Positions 19,501-26,600 of a DNA stretch of 64,000 bases are shown one piece after another (the first letter of the stretch is position 1; every line of letters begins with the position of its first letter). Under the pieces are notes generated by a model, which saw only the letters and a program-made list of their open reading frames with translations, was not told where the DNA came from and did no database searches. The position numbers were made by a program, and so were the translations under genes. The DNA is from a virus. The stretch is from the IMG/VR virus record IMGVR_UViG_3300028025_004808, positions 6,179-70,178 of that record. One strand, 5' to 3'.

Positions 19501-22169
19501 AGTTCATCTAGTGCATCATTTAAGAATTTTTTCTTTTCTCTGTCGCTCGGGTTCTGGTTTCCAGTTCTAAGCCTTATGTTTCTTATTGAGCGCCATGTAG
19601 ATTTTATTCCACCTTTACGCTTTGAAGAACGGTCTCTTGGGTCTTCTGGCGTGCCATCAATAAGGTCGTCAATATCTTCGCCCGTAGCATCACCATCACG
19701 CAATTTGCGAGGAATTTTTCCATTTCTTCTTCTGCTGAAAGGGTCGTGGATTCTTCCTCCTCCGCCTCCTCCGCCTCCTCCGCCTTCAGAACCACCATCG
19801 CCAGTAGATGGTGCTTCTGGCATGTCTATTGATATGTCGTCAGTAGACCACCACATGTCTCCCCACGCTGGGCGAGATGGGGTTGGAGCATCCGTAGGAG
19901 TGTCTGGGATAGTTCCATCTGGAGTAGTTGTGCCACCAGGAAGCGGAGGAATTCCATCAAGAGTTATTGTCGCAGGACCAAATACAGTATCTATCGCTTT
20001 ATCTAAGTCTGGGTCATCTCCAATTAAGCCAACTTTTCTATTGGCTGCAAGTTCTGCCATCGTTTCAAGCAACGCAAGACTTCTTGCAGCGTTTGCCTTC
20101 CTAGCAAGTTCTGGGTCACCAGAAGCGCTTGCTGCTATTGCTACCAGTGCGTCCTGTTGTTTGTCTCCAGAATACGCTCCTGCGACTCCATCAAGTCTTG
20201 CAGTAATCAGGTCTTCAATATCTGCACCTAATGCCTCTCTTAGCATTTGAGGGTCAGCGTTAGTTAAAAACTCTTGTGCCAGTAGAAATAAATCATTGCT
20301 ACTCATTGTTGACAAATCAGTGGCTGGATATCTTCCTGGTTCAAGAGCATGCATTTGAGCCATGTAATTTGCTATAGCAATGACTTGGTCAAAGTGATAA
20401 ATCTCATGTGCTGCTGCTTGAGCACCAAAGTCTCTCCATCCACGACCTTGCATCGCTGCTAAGTCAACACCATAAGTAAAAGCCCAATGTCTTCCAGTTT
20501 CATCCGCAGCCATTGCTGCTGCAATCGCAGCCCATTGTTCTTCCGTAGAGCCGCCAGTCGCTTGATACAGGTCCATATGACCTGCTGGTGGCCCACCGCG
20601 GTGACCTGCTATTGCAGGACCAGAACCAACGTAAAGAAAGTTGGGACCAGCCATTCCGTTTAAAGTTTCAAAATTATAACCATCAAGAACTCCGCCAGTA
20701 CCAGAATTAGCGTCAAAATCAACAGTTATTCTTATGTCTTTAAGTGATTGAGGCCTATCAATCGCATCTAAAGCAATCTGCTCAAAAGCACCTATTCTGA
20801 GGTCTCTTTCTCGTCTTGCCGCAGCATCTATTGCCATCGTAAAAGGAGTTCCACCAGAAGCAATTTCATCAAGATATTTTTGTTCTAATTGAGCAGGAGT
20901 CAATGCGCCGTAATACTGCTCAATTACTTGTGCATGCTGTTCAAAGAATTTTTTTCTTACCCATACTTTATGTGTGTCTTCGTTTCCACCAACATAAAAA
21001 ACATGGCCATCAGCAGCAAGACCAAACTCTGGAATTTGACCCATTGCTTCAAGAAGTTTAATTAAGTCTTTTTCTTCATCTCCAGTAAAAGAAACACCAC
21101 GAGCCGCCATAACTGCAAGAACTCTTGGGTCTGCTTTAAGGTCTTCTACTCTGCCTGTTTTTTCGGCAGCAATTCTTGCCATTCTTTCTGTTTTGTTCTC
21201 AGTCAAACGCATTATGGCTCTGAGCGCTGGGGCTATGGCTCCTCTGTAGGAGGGGTCTTTATATTTTTCTCCAACAAGATGACCAGGACCGCCAAGAACT
21301 CTTTCTGCCATTGATGCGAGACCTCGCAAACCAGACTGCCTGTAAACATCACGTATTTCTGCTGCAGAAATTCCAACCCTAAGAAGATTTTCTGTCATGC
21401 TGACACCGCCGCCATCAGACATGATTGTTGCAATTGATGTAGCGATTGCTGCTAGGTCAACTGCTGTAACAGCAAAACATCCTTCACCCCGCTCGTTGGT
21501 AAATCTGTTTGCTGCTGGTGTACCAGGAGGGCATCTAAATTTTCCTAAAGCATCAATAACTAGGCCTGTTGCTCTAGCCGTAAAATGTATAAGTTTTTGT
21601 CCAGGATTAGCCTCGGCAATTGTTCTTCCTAAACCTTTTTCCTCCATGCCTTGATTCATGTACGGAGAAAACGGGTCATACGGGTCATAGCCCGTTGACA
21701 TAATTGGCTTACCAGTTCTTGGGTCAACTCGGTGTCTTGTTACAGATACTTTTACATTGCCGGAAACTTTAGGAGTATTTGTTTCTCCGTACTTAACCCA
21801 TCCAAAGTTTGGAACTGGTTCTGGCGACATTAAAGCCGCTTTTCTTTCAGGTTCTGTAACGTGAAGTTTTAGATAAGAATCAGGAGTTTTTTTAGCAGTT
21901 GGGTCAAGGACTATTCCTGCATAGTTTTCTAATTTAGATGCTCTTTCGCTTTCTAAGCCTCTTTTTTTACCGTCTGAGTCTCCAGAGTTTGGCGACACTA
22001 AAGGCATCGCTGCTTTAATTGAGACGTCGGCAATAAGTCTCTCAGTGCTGGAAGTTACCCTTACTCCTGCTTTGAATAAAAGAGCGGCAATGTCTGGGTC
22101 AAAGCGTTTCTGTTTTTTTTCTATGCCAGGAGCGTAGTGGCGAATTTTTTTATAGTTCACCCCCGTCAT
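16542..22169 (-). CDS. 1875-aa multidomain head-cargo protein (HEXXH peptidase-like; ART-like and DUF3626-like regions)
   Basis: AAAHEIYHFDQ...LLETMAE. RVVIPAGSK...EVMIPPGKMKITNV is a VIP2-ART C-terminal pattern. YGRGIEVVI...RIGYGRSD...FEAFLVGEISLNDIEHI is DUF3626-like. Contains FRCPPGTPAANRFT. Confidence 0.6.
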   Translation of the reverse strand: MTGVNYKKIRHYAPGIEKKQKRFDPDIAALLFKAGVRVTSSTERLIADVSIKAAMPLVSPNSGDSDGKKRGLESERASKLENYAGIVLDPTAKKTPDSYLKLHVTEPERKAALMSPEPVPNFGWVKYGETNTPKVSGNVKVSVTRHRVDPRTGKPIMSTGYDPYDPFSPYMNQGMEEKGLGRTIAEANPGQKLIHFTARATGLVIDALGKFRCPPGTPAANRFTNERGEGCFAVTAVDLAAIATSIATIMSDGGGVSMTENLLRVGISAAEIRDVYRQSGLRGLASMAERVLGGPGHLVGEKYKDPSYRGAIAPALRAIMRLTENKTERMARIAAEKTGRVEDLKADPRVLAVMAARGVSFTGDEEKDLIKLLEAMGQIPEFGLAADGHVFYVGGNEDTHKVWVRKKFFEQHAQVIEQYYGALTPAQLEQKYLDEIASGGTPFTMAIDAAARRERDLRIGAFEQIALDAIDRPQSLKDIRITVDFDANSGTGGVLDGYNFETLNGMAGPNFLYVGSGPAIAGHRGGPPAGHMDLYQATGGSTEEQWAAIAAAMAADETGRHWAFTYGVDLAAMQGRGWRDFGAQAAAHEIYHFDQVIAIANYMAQMHALEPGRYPATDLSTMSSNDLFLLAQEFLTNADPQMLREALGADIEDLITARLDGVAGAYSGDKQQDALVAIAASASGDPELARKANAARSLALLETMAELAANRKVGLIGDDPDLDKAIDTVFGPATITLDGIPPLPGGTTTPDGTIPDTPTDAPTPSRPAWGDMWWSTDDISIDMPEAPSTGDGGSEGGGGGGGGGGRIHDPFSRRRNGKIPRKLRDGDATGEDIDDLIDGTPEDPRDRSSKRKGGIKSTWRSIRNIRLRTGNQNPSDREKKKFLNDALDELPLTIEQIEELAQKLRRGEVLSEEENSKLVESIQKLRQKLFEADANLANAIAEFEAGCPPDVAAADVGNYDDIGPCRAYLEMMERAVEKWKFVVNKLERAVIPQLNDLWDINQHIQENGPLPPPPIRWTPPEFVYRGGMASVSNIASSQNAKLSADEIALVSSAFTDTPLPTTVGMSPAALRDRTVLNQVYERYGLTPPSSSNLDDTETVVPVLRILDKTTISDDLIVETEMILDSKDIGSLFETNTIETLRVMDSPDNIGFASTSEARSRKAAGIAGRLLNSKAARKTMKRIGLDPENEDLVDMAAEAALAFSIGGPAAAIIPIARRGSRDAAEAAIKMMVAKGWITQSVAGKISQYGIDRIAKEGLPQEIIDAMKTVGVAVTDEETKQNALRMAGVLQERSSELKRASAKRIAEIRQRIAEMNEKSGFFDIEIKELGTGIGANNVPKNDAKANQRKSKVRVVIPAGSKAKVDKSGEVMIPPGKMKITNVDKNGVVEAEVTEQTSAIEYMKKAEENLVKFMQKTTDEGVKKLLSTTASKYKKAKRDETISSRNSADSGISKITLEKAETIIEDAKEMGYALFNENYVYVNGEKVEVNRYYDLFTKAMTDAIKEIKEEAEKKLFISNTKLNNYIITNSVQGIYSALIGIAGSVFGGIDRRTRISMSKASLQDFLTSGRIANVDVDSRMLSTMKLNRDKIIGGENSSAEFMLTPVEIIHEFYTNSVEQSLYASGTKIGSEEFSDYGRGIEVVIRSENANRIGYGRSDGYETNGIYSMLTDDSQKRIVMTIFSDAMNGIEKAKDSIISALQAKIEKNYSQVLKKNTEENFEAFLVGEISLNDIEHIKIPVSIFEIEKKPISQSHPFAGKNRISSELKKRGKTDSEIKDFFEKGGLLGGGYNPKYLTYLLQVESAIELRDRLISFGIPEVIFTNKNGIDIMAEGTWVTLPPNPKTGIDALRMLAKMEVRGIIEKVAPEKASKTPEKVAS

Positions 22170-22185
22170 ACGGGCCTACGCTTTC

Positions 22186-23586
22186 TTAGATACTCGGGTC
22201 GGTGTTTCTAAACTCCTCCTCAAGGAGTTCAAATTCAATGAGCGAAGATTTGATGTCATCTGGAAGGTCTGCTGATTTTTCTGAACCGCTTACCCAGTTG
22301 CTTGGAATAAGTTTTTCTTCACCAAGAGCCTTTGCACGCTTCATGATGTGACGCTTTGCTGCTTCCTTGTCGCTTGCACGACCATATGCTGAAATAGCAT
22401 TCTTGAGGTCAGATGCATTAGCAATTGGGAAAGAGCCGTCTGGAAGAGCGGTCCCCTCTTTAGCCATTTGGTTTCTAACATCTTCGGTGAAAGCACGCTT
22501 GAGTGCAATTTCTGCTGCTTCTGCTTCAATTGCTTCTGCTTCTTCTGGTTCGTACTTGTCGTATCCAAGAACTTCACCGTCAAGAGAAACGAAAACGTCG
22601 TATGACTTTCCATCAAGTCCTTCAATTTCAACTGCGTAAGCGTCAAAGCCTTCAAAAATGTCTGGCTCAACTGCTACAACATCGCCCTGAATTGACTTGA
22701 CAGCAATCTCTGCAGCCTCATGAAGGTCAATAACCATGATTGAGTCAAGAGCAGACTTTTGCTCAAAAGCGCTGTCGTCCAACTTGTGGAAGCCGAGAAC
22801 TTCTGCGGTTGTTCCGTCAACAAAAACTTCTACTGAGCGACCATCTTTAGTGTGTACATCAACAACAAACATGTCTGCATCTGAAGAATAACCAGAATCA
22901 AGAACTGTTCCATTGAACATCTTTTCGGCAATTCCCTCAACAGAAAGAAGACCAGGCATTCCCTTTTCGGCAACACAACCACCAGGGCAGTCGTCACAAA
23001 CGGAAGAACCGCCTGGGTAAACTTTTCTTTCAATTGCGCACATGTATGCGTTTCTGCCAAGTTCTGCAGACTTTGCACCCATTGTTGCAAGACGACGCTT
23101 GCGTGCTGACTCAAGGTCGTCACTCATGCCGTACATCTTCATTTCTTCGTCATCGGCTTCTTCATCGCCCATGTCTTCTTCGTCGTCTTCTTCTTCGTCA
23201 TCTTCGCCTGGCATTCCCATACCAACTGCTTTTCTTGACTTCTTCATCGGCATTTCTGCGTCTTCGTCTTCTTCTTCGTCCATAGGCATGCCCATACCCA
23301 TGCCCTTTTTGCCCTGACCCATGACAGATACTTCGTCGTCTTCTTCATCATCAGTGATGAGGTCTTGGTTCATGTTTCTTCCTGGAATTGGCTTCTTGGA
23401 ACCCATTTCATATCCCTTTTCGTCGTATTCTTCGACTGGAACCATCTTCATTTCAATGGGCATTGCACCGCACTTGCCACATACTTTTGCGCCAGGCGTG
23501 TACCCGCACTCAGTAGCATTTGCGCCCTTTGCACACTTCAGGACATTGCCGTCTGCATCAACGCTGACTTCAACTTTTTCTGCCAT
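22186..23586 (-). CDS. 466-aa acidic head protein with Cys clusters, PepSY-like repeats and DUF6582-like C-terminus (possible scaffold or protease regulator)
   Basis: EAAEIAVKSIQGDVVAVE...AYAVEI...GKSYDVFVSLDGEVL is PepSY-like, with a second copy upstream. ALPDGSFPIANASDLKNAISAYGRA...KRHIMKRAKALG. Poly-D/E tracts. CAGGAG RBS. Confidence 0.7.
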   Translation of the reverse strand: MAEKVEVSVDADGNVLKCAKGANATECGYTPGAKVCGKCGAMPIEMKMVPVEEYDEKGYEMGSKKPIPGRNMNQDLITDDEEDDEVSVMGQGKKGMGMGMPMDEEEDEDAEMPMKKSRKAVGMGMPGEDDEEEDDEEDMGDEEADDEEMKMYGMSDDLESARKRRLATMGAKSAELGRNAYMCAIERKVYPGGSSVCDDCPGGCVAEKGMPGLLSVEGIAEKMFNGTVLDSGYSSDADMFVVDVHTKDGRSVEVFVDGTTAEVLGFHKLDDSAFEQKSALDSIMVIDLHEAAEIAVKSIQGDVVAVEPDIFEGFDAYAVEIEGLDGKSYDVFVSLDGEVLGYDKYEPEEAEAIEAEAAEIALKRAFTEDVRNQMAKEGTALPDGSFPIANASDLKNAISAYGRASDKEAAKRHIMKRAKALGEEKLIPSNWVSGSEKSADLPDDIKSSLIEFELLEEEFRNTDPSI

Positions 23587-23649
23587 TATTTACTCCTGTT
23601 GTTGTAAGTACGGACGCAGTGTCAATACCAAAATTAATTAGTGTCTCTA

Positions 23650-23678
23650 AGTATAACTTAGCACGCTAGTTCCGTCAG
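23650..23678 (-). promoter_or_regulatory. Putative sigma70-like promoter CTGACG-N17-TATACT with imperfect palindrome in spacer
   Basis: Intergenic, upstream of the 466-aa gene. Spacer region reads AACTAGC-GT-GCTAAGTT. Confidence 0.4.
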
Positions 23679-23690
23679 TTATGACCACTA

Positions 23691-26600
23691 TTATGCTTCG
23701 GGAACTATATTTATGGTTCTACTTTGTCCGCGTGAATTTGTTGCTGTTCGTGTTGTGTCTGTTATTGCGTTTGTCTTTTTATCAATAAATGTTGACTTGG
23801 CTGCACCAGCAACCATCTCAATAAGTTTTGAATACCAAGCGATTCTTTTTTCTCCGCCGTCAGCAAGTTGAGTGTCAAGAGCAAACATAAGACCATCAAG
23901 AATCTGGTCTGCCTCTTCAGCGGTAAAGTAAATACTTCCCACATTTGTTCTTCTGCTTCCAGTTTTTCCTGCTTCGTCTCTGGAAATTAATTCAGACAGT
24001 TTTCTGAGACCAGCAATTGCTCTCTTATCCCCGTCTTTGGTTGCTCTTTTTATTTCTTTGTCTAGAGATGATTGAACATCTTTAAAGAATGTCGCCTCAT
24101 CTGTAATCATTGTCTTTCCGCCAGCAGAGGTTGAAGCAAAACCTCTTGTCCCAGGCTTGCCAGTACCGTTAAGTTTTTTAAGGTCTTTTTGGATGTCTTG
24201 TGCAAGGTTTATGTTAAATTTTTTGCTTGTTCCACCAGTTGCCGAAGCAAAATTAATTTGACTGCTTGACGGTTTTTTGCCTCCGATAATCCACTCATCT
24301 TCAGAATAGGCAGTTCTTGTTCCCAAAAGGGTTTTAAGAATCTTTCTTGCTGCTGCCAAGTTGGCTCTTTCGTCTGGAGTTAACTGTTCGTCTTCAAATG
24401 CGCTGACATAGTCATCTAAAACTTCAATTGTTCTATCAAGGCTCCTGATGGTGAAGTCATATCCATTTTCTTGCAAAGATGTCGTAACTTCATCCCACAA
24501 GTCTCTGTGCTCGTTTATTTCAGAATCGCTTGAATCAATTCTTGATGACGAGGCGTCAATTGCCTCAAGAAACTTATCAAGTCTTGATTCTCTTTCTGTT
24601 TTTGCATCCTGAGCGTTTGAAGACTTTTTAATCTTGGGGGCTTTTGGTTCTGAAGATGTTTCGCGTTTTGGTTTAGCCGCTGCACCTTCTGTTGGTTCTC
24701 TAGGAACGCCCATTCTTTCAATTGTTCTTTGTTCTTCTCTTCTTGCAGCGAGTTCTGCTCTTCTCGCAGCAGGAGACATTTCTGCAAGTTCTTCTTTGTC
24801 CATTTGGTCGCCAAGGTCGGCAAGAAGTTTTCTATAAGCAACGCGAGACATTTCGCTTCCGCTATCTGGGTTGCCTTGAGTCAAAGCCCATTGAAATTTT
24901 TCGTCTGTTGTAAGTTCATCCCAATTATCTGGCTTTATTTCATCAAATGTTTTGCCAGCAAATTGAGTTTCTGCACCAACTTCAGTACCTGCTCTATTTT
25001 TTTCTCCTTCTCGTCTTGCTCTTCCTGGAGCAAGATTTCCACCTGGAACCATTTCGCCAACTCCACGGGCTCTTCTTGCTCCGCCTCCACGCTCGTCATC
25101 ACCAGGACCATCAATATTTGATGCAAATCCAACCCTTGAAGCGCTTACTGAACGAGCGGGTTTCTTTGTTAGTGAAGCAAATGGTTTTGCTTTAGCACCA
25201 GAAGCATCGCTTCGTGATGTATCAGACGGGTTGTCAACCAACTTTCCTGTTGACCAGTGGTCGACAATCCAGTCTCTTCTAGCAATAAGAATTTGAGCAA
25301 GCCTGTCTCCATCTTCTTTGTCGCTAATTTGCTGGGAAACCAATTTCTTGATGTCGTCATCTGTTACTTGAGAAAGTTCTTTTACTTGTCTCGCAACCTC
25401 TGAAGGTTCAATGTCTTTGTAGTAAGCCTTGGAGACAGCGGTCTGAACAGGCTGTCCAGAACGTGTTACGCCATTTATTAAGTTTTCAACTTCGTCAACT
25501 TTAGGACCAAACGGTGGGTTTGTCTTTAAACCACTGTATCTCTGCGCTCTAAATATCAAGCCACCACCAGAGTCGGCCATTACTGCCTCTCCGTTAGGAC
25601 CCTGGACAATGTTTGACATATTGCCAGTGCCGTCCCAGTTTGCAAGCCATGCATTAGCAATAAGGCTTCTTTGAACTGATGCTTTAAACTTTGAGTCTTT
25701 AGACATCTGAGAATGACTTACTTCTCTTATTCTGTCATCCCATTCACTGACTCTTTGAAGTTTTCCGTTATGAACACCACGGTTGTAGTCAATGGTCGGA
25801 ACACCAAGAAGTTGATACAGTTTGCTTGTCAAAATTTCTGTTTCTCCGCGGAATTCTTCGCCAGACCTAGAATGCTTTACATAGTAAACCTTTCCAGTTT
25901 TTGGGTCCATATATCTTCCTGCTTCGTTAAGACCTCCTGCACCACCGACTTTTTTCCAGCCAGTAGTTGTGTGGACGTAGGGAAGTGGTCCTGCTCCAAA
26001 AGTTAATGCGTCTCTAAATCCTGCAGTTGGCTGACTTGTGTTTGATGCAAAGCGGCGTGGTCCTCCACTTCCTGGTCCCATGTTTGAATACATGGTGCGA
26101 AGCGCTTTCCATCTAGAAGCCGACATTTGTCCGCTGTTGCTATCATGCTCTCGGATAATTTCTTGAGCAACACGAAGACCTTTTTGCTGACGAGCCCACG
26201 CAACGTATTGTCTTTGCTGTAGTTCGGTCATATCTGTTGGTGCGCCATTATTGGCACGTTTCCCAGAAGAGGCAAACCCCTTTGATTTCTTGGGATTGGC
26301 TATTTCGTTGATGTCGTATTTTCCATCAAGAGATTCTGCTGCTTGATGCAATACACCGTAAATATCAGAAGAAACAACACCGTTGTCAAAAGAATCTTCA
26401 ATTGCAGCAGCAATATCATCAAACTGCTGTGGTGTTACTTCGAATTTTCCACCTTTTGACTCTTCAAGAATCTTCTTCATTGCGAGCAAAGGCTGACGGT
26501 TTTTTGTATTGTCAAGAAGCATTCCAACTTCTTCATTAAGAACACCAATTGTGTCATCATCAAGGGTGATTGAGAGGTTCTTTTGAGGAGTAACTGTTCC

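Noticed and set aside
19576-20250. 224-aa plus-strand ORF with poly-Pro
   Set aside because: Antisense to the poly-Gly linker of the 1875-aa gene, with no independent support.
23596-23650. Two GACAC pentamers (minus strand) as WhiA-type sites
   Set aside because: A 5-mer is too short, lies downstream of the putative -10 box, and the host is unconfirmed.
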